A stretch of DNA of 56,938 nucleotides from a virus (IMGVR_UViG_3300027744_000022:1-56938); one strand, 5' to 3'. Positions 24,426-35,743 are shown, counted from the first letter of the stretch. The notes: a model not told the origin generated them from the letters alone. Made by a program: numbers and translations.

Positions 24426-25919
24426 ATGATTGAACGCACCTTAGGATATAGCAACAAGGCAATGTGGGACTACTGCGAAACGCTTAAGAAGGTAATCCTA
24501 CAGACTAAAATTGAAAAGAGTGGTAGAGGGAATGCTGTACAGATTTATAAAGTATTAAAGTACAGGAGCGACAAAAATACCATTAATAAGATAGTAGAAA
24601 GCTGTGAGTATTATAAAATTTTAAATGAAATGGAGAATAAAGGTGGCGTTACATTCAGGGATTACCAAAGTGATATTATCCTAAAAGGGTCTGAGATATT
24701 GATAAAGAACAGATTCCTATACCTTGCAATGGAGGTGAGAACGGGCAAAACCCTAACAAGTCTTGGCATTGCAGAGAATGTACGTACATATCAGGTTCTA
24801 TTCATTACCAAAAAGAAAGCAATTAGTTCAATTGAAGCCGACTACAGTATGCTAAAGCCAACTTACTCCCTGTCTGTCATAAATTACGAAAGCCTGCACT
24901 TGGTATGTAATGATAAAAAGTGGGACTTGATAGTATGTGATGAAGCACACAGTGTTGGGGCTTTTCCTAAGCCAAACAATAGAGCAGTGGCAGTTTGTGA
25001 CTTGATTCGTAGAGATAATCCTATGGTGATTCTATTGTCGGGCACACCAACACCGGAGTCATACTCACAGATGTACCATCAGGTATATGGTATACCAACC
25101 AACCCGTTCAGGGAGTTTAAAAACTTCTACAGGTTCTGTGATAGGTTTGTCAATGTAAAACAGCGTAAGATTAACGGATTGTTCGTTAATGACTACAGTA
25201 ATGGATTAGATACCATACTCAAAGAGATGGAGCCATACACCATAAACTACACGCAACAGGAGGCAGGATTCATGGCAGAGACCAAAGAAGAGATATTGGA
25301 GGTAGAGATGAAGGAGTCAACCTATAAGTTGATAAATAAACTTAAGAAGCAATTGATAGTAGAAGGCAAAGATGAAATAATTTTAGCAGATACACCGGTT
25401 AAGCTAATGACAAAAGTGCATCAGCTATGCAGTGGCACCATAAAGTTTGAGAGCGGTAACTCAATGATAATTGACCTGAGCAAAGCTGAGTTTATTAAAA
25501 ATCAGTTCAATGGGTGTAAGATTGGCATCTTCTATAAGTTCAAGGAGGAATACAACGCACTTAAGCAAGTGTTCGGTGATGAGCTCACGACAGAGCTAAG
25601 TGTCTTTGAAGACACGCACAAGAACATCGCACTACAGATTATATCAGGGCGAGAGGGAATATCGTTAAGGAAGTCAGAGTATTTGGTTTACTACAACATT
25701 GACTTCAGTGCCACAAGCTATTGGCAGAGCAAGGACAGGATGACAACAAAGGAGCGACTTGAGAACAAGGTGTATTGGATATTTGCAAAAGGAGGAATCG
25801 AACACGATATTTATAAAGCGGTAACGAAAAAGAAAGATTATACAATTAACCACTTTAAAAAAGATTTTTATGATGACAATTATAGTATGCCTAATAATCG
25901 CTTGTATAATAGCATTTGA
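24426..25919 (+). CDS. SNF2/SF2 helicase
   Basis: RDYQ, RTGKT, DEAH, LSGTP, SGREGISL, QSKDR. Confidence 0.85.
   Translation: MIERTLGYSNKAMWDYCETLKKVILQTKIEKSGRGNAVQIYKVLKYRSDKNTINKIVESCEYYKILNEMENKGGVTFRDYQSDIILKGSEILIKNRFLYLAMEVRTGKTLTSLGIAENVRTYQVLFITKKKAISSIEADYSMLKPTYSLSVINYESLHLVCNDKKWDLIVCDEAHSVGAFPKPNNRAVAVCDLIRRDNPMVILLSGTPTPESYSQMYHQVYGIPTNPFREFKNFYRFCDRFVNVKQRKINGLFVNDYSNGLDTILKEMEPYTINYTQQEAGFMAETKEEILEVEMKESTYKLINKLKKQLIVEGKDEIILADTPVKLMTKVHQLCSGTIKFESGNSMIIDLSKAEFIKNQFNGCKIGIFYKFKEEYNALKQVFGDELTTELSVFEDTHKNIALQIISGREGISLRKSEYLVYYNIDFSATSYWQSKDRMTTKERLENKVYWIFAKGGIEHDIYKAVTKKKDYTINHFKKDFYDDNYSMPNNRLYNSI
25600..25615. repeat. Palindrome GTGTCT-TTGA-AGACAC (inside the helicase gene)
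   Basis: Exact match. Confidence 0.85.
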
Positions 25920-25954
25920 AATGTATATCATGTCTGATGATGAAAATTGATACA

Positions 25955-26197
25955 ATGAAAGAACAGCAGATACAGGCTAAGAAAATTAAAGAGTTGGAAG
26001 TTGATGGATACTATGTAATCAAGTTGATTAACACCAACAAGAATGGCATTCCTGACCTAATAGCCATACCACCAAACTCTGACGTACTGTTCGTAGAAGT
26101 GAAGAAACCCGATGGGAAGCTATCTAAGTTACAAGAATACCGGCTAAAGGAATTGGAGAAGCACGGAGTAAAGGTGGAAGTGTACAAAGGAATTTAA
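25955..26197 (+). CDS. VRR-NUC nuclease
   Basis: GIPDL, FVEVK, LSKLQ. Confidence 0.85.
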   Translation: MKEQQIQAKKIKELEVDGYYVIKLINTNKNGIPDLIAIPPNSDVLFVEVKKPDGKLSKLQEYRLKELEKHGVKVEVYKGI

Positions 26198-26207
26198 ATT
26201 AAATCAA

Positions 26208-26753
26208 ATGGAAGAAGAGATATTAAATGAAATGAATCAGCTTAAGTTTATAGTAAACTTTGTGTTTGATGTTGATATAATTTCTAAAAAAAGAAAAAGA
26301 GAATGCGTAGATGCGAGAAAGGTGTTCTCAAAAATATTAAACGATAACGGATGCGGTCCGTCTATTATTGGAAATTATTTAAAAAAAAATCATTCAAGCA
26401 TTATACATTATCTTAAAACAGTAAATTCATTAATTAAATTTGACCAATCATTAATGGAAAGGTATTTATATGCAAAAGATATGTACCTTAATAAAAAACA
26501 AATTCCATATTACCAAAGCAGTCATAACAAGTTGACTAACAGGGAGAAGAAACAACAGTCTAAAATATATGGACTAAATAATGAAATAGAACAACTAATT
26601 GTAGAGAAATCAAATCTAATGATTTTAGCAAGTAAAAATAAAAGACTATCAGATATAATAGAACTTATTGATAAACAAACACCACATGGTCAAGAGAGTT
26701 ACGTGATGCGTAAAATTAATACCATGTTTAATGGGTTAAATTTTTATGGATGA
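26208..26753 (+). CDS. DnaA C-terminal-like HTH protein
   Basis: SKKRKRECVDARK...IG......HSSIIHY; paralogous to 18074..18376. Confidence 0.65.
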   Translation: MEEEILNEMNQLKFIVNFVFDVDIISKKRKRECVDARKVFSKILNDNGCGPSIIGNYLKKNHSSIIHYLKTVNSLIKFDQSLMERYLYAKDMYLNKKQIPYYQSSHNKLTNREKKQQSKIYGLNNEIEQLIVEKSNLMILASKNKRLSDIIELIDKQTPHGQESYVMRKINTMFNGLNFYG

Positions 26754-26940
26754 TAACAAAAATGACGATAACGCAAGAGCATTGCGTATCTTCTTGATGA
26801 CTAGTGATTGCCACGAAAAGGTAACTAATGTTTACGAGAACTTAGTTGACAAGGACTTTGAACCTGCAAAACAAGATTTGATGGCACTAATATCTGAACT
26901 CCATGTTATTTTTGACAAAATAAAATACAATGACTTTTGA
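26746..26940 (+). CDS. Hypothetical protein
   Basis: ORF track. Confidence 0.55.
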   Translation: MDDNKNDDNARALRIFLMTSDCHEKVTNVYENLVDKDFEPAKQDLMALISELHVIFDKIKYNDF

Positions 26941-27343
26941 AACAGAAACAGATTTGCTTAGAGAAAATAAAGCAATTAAACTATTTGTAAGCATCTTTAG
27001 TGGGTCATTTAAAAAGTTAGACCCTAATGACATAGACTTTAAAGTATTTGACAAAGACAATAAGCTGATAGCTTATGCAGAAGTAAAAGGTCGTATACGT
27101 ACTATGCGTGACTCGTACCCGCTTCCAATCTCTGCTAGGAAGTTAGTTAAGCTAATAGACAAAAGAGTCTCTCCGGTCATTATATGGGCTTGTGACGATG
27201 GTATAATTTACGGTAAGGCAGACAACCTCTACGGAGATATTAAATGGGGAGGTCGCCCTCCCCGTGTTGGTTCCGCAAATGATGCAGAGTTAATGGTCTA
27301 CTATGATAAGCAGAAAGGATTTAAGTACATTAGATATGTTTAA
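26930..27343 (+). CDS. PD-(D/E)XK nuclease-like protein
   Basis: IDF...YAEVKGR. Confidence 0.6.
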   Translation: MTFETETDLLRENKAIKLFVSIFSGSFKKLDPNDIDFKVFDKDNKLIAYAEVKGRIRTMRDSYPLPISARKLVKLIDKRVSPVIIWACDDGIIYGKADNLYGDIKWGGRPPRVGSANDAELMVYYDKQKGFKYIRYV

Positions 27344-30300
27344 TTATTTCTTTTTAGGAGGAGTAGTATATTCATATTCTTTATCTTCTCTTTTCCTATT
27401 TATTTTTGATAATTTAGATTCAACAGATTGTTCGTATTTTGTTTTTTCGTACCAATCTGAACCTACACCAAACCTTTCATTATATAAGGATTGATTATAA
27501 CGTTTCATTTCTGATTCATTATCATACCTAACTCTATTTTCAGAGTCATATAAAAGTCTGTCCTTACGTTCTTTTTTTCTTTTATTAGATTCTTCAATTA
27601 CTTTCTTTTGTTCTTTTGTACCTTTAACTTGAATTATCTTTTTGTTAATAATTCTTAACTCATCTTCGTCTGTTGTACTTTCCTTCAATTGACGTAAATC
27701 TTTTATTTTTTCGTAGTCTTCAGTGCTAGTTATAGATGAGCTAGAAGTGTTAGCAGCTTTGCGTAAGTCCTTATAAATTTCATCGTTTACAGCTTTCTTT
27801 ACGTCTTTGTAAATAGGTATAAGACCAAGGTTCCCCGCTACTTCAAGAGGGATTTTGTAATTTACTGTCATATCCTCTCTTCTTATAGCCTCAGGTTCTT
27901 TTTTTGTTGAACCCTCACCCATTACTCTGCTAGTTATAGCACCAAAATTTTTACCTATTAAGACAGCAGTACTTAATGCAGGAGTGTAAGCTCCTGCCAT
28001 ATTAAGAGCTACTTTTGGTATATCTATATCTCCTCTTTCGTTAAAATTTAAATAGGAGTATGCAATATTGTCTTTATAGAAATCATATTCTCCGTTTCTA
28101 AGAAAGTCAAGATATTCTTCATTGATTTGTTCTACACCAAAGTTTATCATCCCTCTTACTGCATTACCAAAATTCCTCCCAACAGTATACCCAACAAGTA
28201 CGTTAGCCAATCCTCTTCCAAGTTTTTGAAAAAATGATTTCTCATCTACTTCTTCTTCATCTTCCCAATCAAATGCAAGACCAAGAGCCGCACCAACAAC
28301 ACCTGCCCCCATATTGGCAACCATAACCTGATAGATTACAGACCTAGTTGTTAGACCTGCAAGCACAGCGGCAGCTTTTTTCTTGGTCATGTACCCTTCA
28401 TTAAACAAATTATAAACAGCACTTCTTGCCGCTGCATAATCAAAGTTCATAAAGTTAGTCATGTAAGAGTTAAAGTTGTTCCAAGCCTTTTGTGTAAACC
28501 CTTGATTCGGTTTAATTTTACCTTTAAGTATGCCCATGAACTCATTGTTGGATGCACCTGAGTACACAGACTCTTGGTCAGCCTTTCTTGTAGACTGCTC
28601 AATTGCATCTGCATACTTCTGCATATAGTCAAGGTCATTGTTAATCATCATGTCTTGATTAACTTCTTCCCCTGTTATTTTTTTGAACTCATTCATAAAA
28701 CTACCAAACCAAAGTGGCATGGAAACAACTTTATCAGGCGTGGTTAGCATTGTATCAGCTATGTATTCTACAGGGTTTTGTACATACTTTTTTAGAGTAA
28801 GGTTATAAATCTGAAGTGTTCTATTTTGTAAAGCACCCTTAGAAACGCTACCCTTTATCCCCGATGTTTGTTTCAGTATTTGAGGGTCAACCATCTTTCC
28901 CGATAGAGCATCTGAAGCATAAAGTCTAAATAATTGTTTTGCCTTTGCATTTTTCATGAACTGATACCCATTTGCAGAAGCAATAAGTTTAGCGTGTTTA
29001 ATGCCTTCTATAAATCCCGAAGGGTTTATAAGTAATGCGTTAGTAATGTTTGACAATAATTCAGCTTGAAATCTAGTAGTTCCTGCTAAAGTAGCTCTAT
29101 ATCCTTGCTTCTGAATAAAGTCAATCGTTGCATTTGAAAGACCATCCTGAACAATAGCGTTGGTTAATACGTTTTGAAGAGCCTCTTCGTATGCATTCTC
29201 AATTGCATTATTAATATCTGTCTGCTGCTTAGGAATTACCCCTGTTATTTTACTTAATTTATTCTCATCTGTTACTCCTGTTTTCTTAGCTTCATCTCTT
29301 GCTTTTTTATCTGCCACTTTTTGAAGATTCTTCTTTGCTTGAATTAAGGTTCTTTTAGCAGTACGAATAGGAGATGTCAGGTTATAGTCCAACAATACAA
29401 ACTTCGCTCCCTTGTAAGTTGACGTAAATAAGTCAAAATTAAGCGGAGTCAATTTATCTGTTCTTTCTATCAAAGACTTAGCTTTTGTAGATGGTCTCAT
29501 TGAGCTGCTGTAGCTACTAGAGAACTCAGGAGCAGAAGTGGCATCCATAGGGTTTTGCTCGTGCAAAACATTGTGATGAAAATAATTATCCATCAACTCA
29601 ACTTTATCTCCACGTATAACAGCAGCTGTATATGCTGCTGTCTCTCCTAGAGACTTGTTTATTTCAGTCATTACATTAATAGCATTCTTCTCTGCACTAT
29701 TAAATGTTTTGTAGAATTTATCCAAATCAATCTTTCCGTCTACAATATAGCTTTCAACTTCTTTAAGTATCTTTTGTAGTTTTTTGGCATCAGCTTCTTT
29801 AAAAATTGACTTGTTTGTTGCGATGTGTTTAATAGTCTCCTCTAGGTATTGAGACACGGTATATTTAACACCTTTCTTGCCAATATTTGACTCATACTCA
29901 CGCTGAAGCATATATGCTGTCATTCTAAACTTAGACATTAAATAATTCTCAGAGTTCTGATTGAACGATGCCAATACTTTATTTTGAGCTGCCTCTATCT
30001 TTTGTTCTATTCTTTTTAGCTCTGAGTTAAAGATAGACAAAGCCTGAGCCGACTTCTCAAACAATGAATTAAATATGTCTCTTGTTTTAAAGTCACCAAA
30101 GACGTTGTCTATGTAGTATAGAGGGTTGGCTCTTATCAATTCATCAATAACTCCCTTTTCAGTAAACTTATTTTTTAACCTTGAATAAAGTTTTGAGAAA
30201 GATAAAGGGTTCCCCTTTTCTATAGCATTTGAAAGCACCTTGCCCTCCTTGATAGCATTAAGTTTCTCTATAGATATTTTAGCGTAATGAGGAAGATAGC

Positions 30301-33300
30301 CATTATTAATATTATCTATAACCTTAATTATATTTTTAAGGTCAGTTAAAGAAATATTCATTAAGTCCTCCACGCTTAACTCTTTAATGAGTTTTGCTAG
30401 ATTTAATGCATCTTCTTTTTCATCAAGACTAGGCAAAGGAAATTCTTTATTATCAATCTTTAAACTCTTTAATATTTTTATTTGTTCTTTTTTCTGTTCC
30501 GCTATTTCCTCTTCAGTTAAAGGAGTTGCCTCTACTTGAGGAAGTATTTCAGACTTATATTTTTTCATTAGGTCTGCTTCGTCAGTAGAAATAAGACCAT
30601 TGTCTATCATCTTTTTAATGGTAGCAGCATAGTCAATACCGCCTTCTTCGTTGAATACCTGCTTATCGTAATTGTTAAACCTATCCGCAAGAACGTCTAC
30701 TGCAGAAAGCTCATTATTTATCTCGTCAAGTATTTCATTTACCTGCTTTAGGACCTTGACTCTATCATCAATACTAAGCACAGCTTTTCTTTCGCTAAAA
30801 TCTTTTAAGATACCCAAGTACTTCTCCAATTGATTCAAAGGAACAAGTGTTGGGTTGATTGATAGCAATTGATTCAATGGCTCAAATAGGTCCTGAGCTA
30901 CACCAATCTTAGTCTTGATGTTTGTCTTCGCATTTTTGATTTGAGCTAATGCAGTAGTCATTTTTTCAACATACTCCGCATCACCAAATACTTTAACCAT
31001 ATAGTCAACAAATTTGTCTATTGACTTCTCATTAAACATATCTACAGAAGAAAACTTACGTAGCACTGAAGCCATTTGCTTGGCTGTAATCTTTCCTGAA
31101 GATGCTAATTCCTTAATCTCTTTAGTTAGATTTCCGCTTACTTGTCTCCATAACTTTTTAGCATCCTTCGCTCCTCTTGCTAAATCTTTGATTTGTTTTT
31201 TGAGTAAATCCTTTTCACTCATTGTAATCTTGGCAACGTCTTTGATAGCACCAATAATTTTTTGAACTAATGGAGCGGACTTTTCTTTTAATCTAAATTT
31301 TTTTCTTAAGTCACGTACCAACTTTTCTCTTTGAATGTCAGTAGCATTTATATACTCATTAGAGTTTTTTAGCATACGAACTAATTCTTTAAATGGTTCC
31401 TCGATGCTAAATAATAAATCAATCTTATTCATTAATTTAGTGTAACCCGGAAGCATTTCTTCAGATAAATCTACTCTTCCTGCAGTAGGTATTACTTTAC
31501 CCATTGCTGCACTTATTTGTTCAGCATTAAGACCTTTCCTTTGCAAGAATGTTTCAATTACTGATTCAGAAAAACCTTGTACTCTTGCGTCTTTTATTAA
31601 TTTAGATATTTTATTTGCATCAGTAAGCTGAGATTTTGAAACAGGATACTTTTGATTCATGTTATCTACATCTTCAGAGAATAACAATTCTTTGTTTTCA
31701 AATAAGATTTGGTCTTCTCTATCAATGTTTTCTGTATCAGACAAAAGAGTTTTTCTTCTTTGCTCAGGAGTTAGTTTATTTCTGTATTCAACATTTCTTG
31801 CTTCAACTTCTCCTGCTACTCGAATATAAAGATTAAAACCATCTGCCTTTCTATTTTCTAAAATATTTTCAGTTGGTAAATCGGATATATTAAATCTTCT
31901 GCCAATATCTTTATATGAATTTTTTATTGATTTTTCATCTTTATGAAGAAGCAACTCATTAATTTTTGAATAACGCTCTTTAGTAAATTTATATAGTTCC
32001 TTTGCATTTTTAATTGCATTATTATCGTCAGAAAAAAATTTCTTTATGTTATTATATTTTTTTAACTGTTCATTTACTTTATTTTTAAAATCCTCTACAA
32101 CAAAGTTCATCATAATTGGAGCATACGATGGGTTTGAACCTCCTTCAAAAAATTCTTTATTTTGAATATAATGCTGCATTTCATGAAGCATTGTTAAATT
32201 TGCTTCAGGTTTATTATTTTTATATAAATCTTTGTTTACAGTAATTGTATTAGTATATATATTGTATGAGCCTAACTCAAATGGAGGTAAATCTTTAAAA
32301 ACAGTTTTAGTATTTTTTATTTCAGGATATGCTTGATATAAATCAGGAGCATTAAATACATCAGAAAGTTTAGCTACTCTTACAACCGTACCATCTTCAG
32401 ACGTTTCTCTTTTTAAATCATCAATATCAAGGTCTTTAAATTCTCCATCAGGTATTTCGTATCTCCATCTACCTTCAAATCCTTTTTCCCAACCTGTTTG
32501 TATTCTAATATCAAGAGGAGACATTTTATTTTTAGCCATCTCTTTTGCTACATCTAAATTAAATTTTACAGTGGCAGATAACTGTGCATTATTTCCAATA
32601 ATTTGAGCTTTTGATTTTCTATCAGCTTTAGTATCTTTTGAAATACTTTTCTTTGCTGCAACAACAGAAGGCTTAATAGCTTCTCCTTTACGCATTGACT
32701 CTGATATATTCTTAAAGAACTCTACAGCATCTTTGGTATCTTTAATGTCTTGGAATGGAGTAAATGTGCCATTGGTAATATTAGATACCAACTCATTAAT
32801 TATAGCAGCTATTTTCTGTAATGTAGAAGCTGATAATTTACCTTCTTGTTGCTCTAATTTAGCAGTTAATTCTGCAAGATATTCTTCGTATGAATCATTC
32901 TCGGCATATTGACTTGCAAAATCTGATAACTCTTTATTTGAACTATCATTTAAAACAGATGCAATTCTATTTTTAAACGTCTTAAACGTCTCAATATTTT
33001 CTCCAAATGCCTTAAGCATAACACCGTGAGCTACTTCGTGTGCTACGGTTCTTTGATTTGCTTTATTTAAGTTAATGTCAATACGACCAACGTATGAACC
33101 ATCCGGCATTTTAACATAAGAAAAATTACCTGCAGACTCGGTAGGTGCATTGATTGAACCCATAGAAGAAGTATAACTATCGTCATTATCGTGAATGACA
33201 ATGTCAAAGTTTGGAAGAACCGACTTCAGTGTTGTAATAATCTTCTCTGCTGAATCAACAATAGATATTTTATTGGTATCTTTTAGATTTGATTTTACTT

Positions 33301-35743
33301 GGTCTAATGCAGACTTATTAGTTACAGATGTACCTTGACTTACAGGAGGTGCTTCAGGAATTTCCTTTTCAGCAAACATCTCTTCCATACGAGCAAGTTG
33401 TTGTTCTTCTGTTTGTGTCTGTAAAGACACTACTTGAGCTTTACCCAATAATGTCTCTACTGCTTTAACTAATTCAGGATTAGTATTTTTTTTCTTAGAT
33501 TTAAAGTAAGCCTCAAAAACTGCATCTTGTTTTGATACGTTCTCTGCTATTGGAAGAAGATTCATTGGTATCTCGTCATACAAAGGATTAACCTCTTCAT
33601 CTGTAAGCAAACGAATAGACTCCCGTGTAATTTCAGGAGCTTGTACAGTTACTTCTTCTTGGACACCTTCTTGGGCAACGCCTTGAGGTTCTGCTTGGGG
33701 TTCTCCTTGCTCCACTTCTTGGCTAACTCCGGCTTCTGTGAGTACAGGAACTTGACCTGCTGTTTGGATTTGAATGGCATAATCTTTTGCTTCTTTACCT
33801 GTTAATGTATATGTGTAACCTCCTCCTACAAGTTTAGAACCTTTCTTTCCTATAGGTAATCCAAATATTTTTTCTCTTGTTTCTACTTCTGTTAGAGTAG
33901 AAAGTTCTGCTCTATCTCTAAATTGCTCAGGAATTTCTTCTAATGTTTCTACAGCAAATACCTTTACTTCATCATCCTCAAGTGAAGATATTTCTTCAGG
34001 AATAATAGTTTGAGAAACAGGCTTAGAATTAAGAATAATATCACTTATTTGTTGATTAATATTATTTACTTCTTGCTTTTGTTTTACTACAAGAGCATCA
34101 TCTTGGGTCTCAATTTCAGTTTTTAAATTATTTCTTTTACTTAATAGATTTGCTATTTGAGTTTTCTCATCATTATTAACATCTAATTTTTTTACTGCAT
34201 TAGATACCTGTTGTGCTTTATCAAAAATATAAACAGATTGTTTTGCATCTTCATCAGTTATTACACCATCCTTTACATTTTTAGCTAGATTTTTTACTAA
34301 TACATCCCTAGATTTATTTGTATTTGTAATCTGTATTTGTTCTGAAGTAAATGGTTCTGCTTGTGAAACATTAAATATTTGATAAAGTTCAGATGGATTA
34401 TCTTTTAAAATAGTATTAATATCTGATTTAGCTTTATTGGTCTCTACTATATTATTTATTTGTTCTTTTGCTTGTATGATATTAATTGGTGCTGAAAAAG
34501 CAACACCACTTCCACCTCCTATAATAAAAGCATCAGCAGCACCTTGAAAAGCAGGTCTTCCACTAATAAGATTTTGAGTTATTTGTGTTGCTGCTTCTTC
34601 AATTCCTTCTCCTAACAATCCAATTGGTGCACCGTACTTTTTTAAAGCACTCTTATACATTTCAACTAATCCATCTTTAAATAAAACTTTGCCCGCTTCA
34701 ACACCTTCTTTTTTAATTATATCTCTATATACCTGCCCTATTGTACCTGTACCTATTGATGAGAAAACTGTTTCAGCAGACGACATAGCTAATGCTTTAA
34801 TTGTCTTTTCAATCTCAGGCATATTGGGAGAATCTTCTTCTAATTGTTTTCTACTACTTTCTTCAAATGCAATTGTTCCTGCAGCAACTAATTCTGAAGC
34901 AGTAAGTGTTGCTCCTCCATACATCATTGCTAAACTAACAGGTGCAGACTCAACTATTCCACTACCTAATAATTCAAATGCATCTCCGTAGTTACCATCT
35001 TTTAAGTTTTCATATACGCCTGTTTTTTCATAATTTGCTTTATTAAAAGCTGAAACTCTTTCATTAAGTATTTTATCTTCCTCATCTAATTGTTTTAATA
35101 TTGGATTTTCAATACCAAGCGTTTTGCCAAACTTATCGGCGTTCGTTGATATATCTAATCCTGTTGCCCAAGCAACTGCATTTTGAGGAGCTGAAAATAT
35201 AGTATAAGTAGCTTCGGGAATTGAAGCCACAATTCTCGCCGCTTGATTTATGCCTATTGAAAATCGGTCTAACAGTTGACCTAAATATCCTTTATTTTCT
35301 TCTTCACTAGGTGCCTGATATGTCTGAAACCCTTTGGGTGTAGTATCAGATGGGGGTGGTTTTACAGGTATCTTAACAGGCTTTTGTTCCTGTTCAGCAA
35401 TATATTCTTGTTGTGCTTGAGGAATTAATACAGAAGGTGCTTCAAAAGTCGGTTGGGAAAAGTCGGAGCCATCCTGTAAATTTGTGCCACCAATTGATAA
35501 ACCTTTTTTTTTTACATTAACAGGTTCTTGTATAGCACCAATAGAAAACTCAGGAAATTTTGAGAACACTTCATCCTCTGTCTTATATTTACCACTATTA
35601 GATGTTGCAACAAAATCTCTTAATGATTGAATATCGTATCCACTTAATTCAGGAAATTTTGAAAGCAATGTAGCTTCATCAGCATATTTACCACTATTAG
35701 ATGTGGCTATAAAGTCTCTTAATGCTTGTTTTAAATCCGGCAT
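27344..35743 (-). CDS. Large polyvalent, probably virion-ejected protein (two zincin-like HExxH, LPD23-like)
   Basis: 2799 aa; HEVAH (33026-33040), TGWEKG..GRWRYEIPD, HEMQH (32171-32185), GEVEARNVE. Confidence 0.8.
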   Translation of the reverse strand: MPDLKQALRDFIATSNSGKYADEATLLSKFPELSGYDIQSLRDFVATSNSGKYKTEDEVFSKFPEFSIGAIQEPVNVKKKGLSIGGTNLQDGSDFSQPTFEAPSVLIPQAQQEYIAEQEQKPVKIPVKPPPSDTTPKGFQTYQAPSEEENKGYLGQLLDRFSIGINQAARIVASIPEATYTIFSAPQNAVAWATGLDISTNADKFGKTLGIENPILKQLDEEDKILNERVSAFNKANYEKTGVYENLKDGNYGDAFELLGSGIVESAPVSLAMMYGGATLTASELVAAGTIAFEESSRKQLEEDSPNMPEIEKTIKALAMSSAETVFSSIGTGTIGQVYRDIIKKEGVEAGKVLFKDGLVEMYKSALKKYGAPIGLLGEGIEEAATQITQNLISGRPAFQGAADAFIIGGGSGVAFSAPINIIQAKEQINNIVETNKAKSDINTILKDNPSELYQIFNVSQAEPFTSEQIQITNTNKSRDVLVKNLAKNVKDGVITDEDAKQSVYIFDKAQQVSNAVKKLDVNNDEKTQIANLLSKRNNLKTEIETQDDALVVKQKQEVNNINQQISDIILNSKPVSQTIIPEEISSLEDDEVKVFAVETLEEIPEQFRDRAELSTLTEVETREKIFGLPIGKKGSKLVGGGYTYTLTGKEAKDYAIQIQTAGQVPVLTEAGVSQEVEQGEPQAEPQGVAQEGVQEEVTVQAPEITRESIRLLTDEEVNPLYDEIPMNLLPIAENVSKQDAVFEAYFKSKKKNTNPELVKAVETLLGKAQVVSLQTQTEEQQLARMEEMFAEKEIPEAPPVSQGTSVTNKSALDQVKSNLKDTNKISIVDSAEKIITTLKSVLPNFDIVIHDNDDSYTSSMGSINAPTESAGNFSYVKMPDGSYVGRIDINLNKANQRTVAHEVAHGVMLKAFGENIETFKTFKNRIASVLNDSSNKELSDFASQYAENDSYEEYLAELTAKLEQQEGKLSASTLQKIAAIINELVSNITNGTFTPFQDIKDTKDAVEFFKNISESMRKGEAIKPSVVAAKKSISKDTKADRKSKAQIIGNNAQLSATVKFNLDVAKEMAKNKMSPLDIRIQTGWEKGFEGRWRYEIPDGEFKDLDIDDLKRETSEDGTVVRVAKLSDVFNAPDLYQAYPEIKNTKTVFKDLPPFELGSYNIYTNTITVNKDLYKNNKPEANLTMLHEMQHYIQNKEFFEGGSNPSYAPIMMNFVVEDFKNKVNEQLKKYNNIKKFFSDDNNAIKNAKELYKFTKERYSKINELLLHKDEKSIKNSYKDIGRRFNISDLPTENILENRKADGFNLYIRVAGEVEARNVEYRNKLTPEQRRKTLLSDTENIDREDQILFENKELLFSEDVDNMNQKYPVSKSQLTDANKISKLIKDARVQGFSESVIETFLQRKGLNAEQISAAMGKVIPTAGRVDLSEEMLPGYTKLMNKIDLLFSIEEPFKELVRMLKNSNEYINATDIQREKLVRDLRKKFRLKEKSAPLVQKIIGAIKDVAKITMSEKDLLKKQIKDLARGAKDAKKLWRQVSGNLTKEIKELASSGKITAKQMASVLRKFSSVDMFNEKSIDKFVDYMVKVFGDAEYVEKMTTALAQIKNAKTNIKTKIGVAQDLFEPLNQLLSINPTLVPLNQLEKYLGILKDFSERKAVLSIDDRVKVLKQVNEILDEINNELSAVDVLADRFNNYDKQVFNEEGGIDYAATIKKMIDNGLISTDEADLMKKYKSEILPQVEATPLTEEEIAEQKKEQIKILKSLKIDNKEFPLPSLDEKEDALNLAKLIKELSVEDLMNISLTDLKNIIKVIDNINNGYLPHYAKISIEKLNAIKEGKVLSNAIEKGNPLSFSKLYSRLKNKFTEKGVIDELIRANPLYYIDNVFGDFKTRDIFNSLFEKSAQALSIFNSELKRIEQKIEAAQNKVLASFNQNSENYLMSKFRMTAYMLQREYESNIGKKGVKYTVSQYLEETIKHIATNKSIFKEADAKKLQKILKEVESYIVDGKIDLDKFYKTFNSAEKNAINVMTEINKSLGETAAYTAAVIRGDKVELMDNYFHHNVLHEQNPMDATSAPEFSSSYSSSMRPSTKAKSLIERTDKLTPLNFDLFTSTYKGAKFVLLDYNLTSPIRTAKRTLIQAKKNLQKVADKKARDEAKKTGVTDENKLSKITGVIPKQQTDINNAIENAYEEALQNVLTNAIVQDGLSNATIDFIQKQGYRATLAGTTRFQAELLSNITNALLINPSGFIEGIKHAKLIASANGYQFMKNAKAKQLFRLYASDALSGKMVDPQILKQTSGIKGSVSKGALQNRTLQIYNLTLKKYVQNPVEYIADTMLTTPDKVVSMPLWFGSFMNEFKKITGEEVNQDMMINNDLDYMQKYADAIEQSTRKADQESVYSGASNNEFMGILKGKIKPNQGFTQKAWNNFNSYMTNFMNFDYAAARSAVYNLFNEGYMTKKKAAAVLAGLTTRSVIYQVMVANMGAGVVGAALGLAFDWEDEEEVDEKSFFQKLGRGLANVLVGYTVGRNFGNAVRGMINFGVEQINEEYLDFLRNGEYDFYKDNIAYSYLNFNERGDIDIPKVALNMAGAYTPALSTAVLIGKNFGAITSRVMGEGSTKKEPEAIRREDMTVNYKIPLEVAGNLGLIPIYKDVKKAVNDEIYKDLRKAANTSSSSITSTEDYEKIKDLRQLKESTTDEDELRIINKKIIQVKGTKEQKKVIEESNKRKKERKDRLLYDSENRVRYDNESEMKRYNQSLYNERFGVGSDWYEKTKYEQSVESKLSKINRKREDKEYEYTTPPKKK
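33415..33430. repeat. Palindrome GTGTCT-GTAA-AGACAC (intragenic)
   Basis: Exact match. Confidence 0.85.

Noticed and set aside
25934-25945. CTGATGA-TGAAA as a hammerhead core
   Set aside because: There is no room for stem II and no flanking stems.
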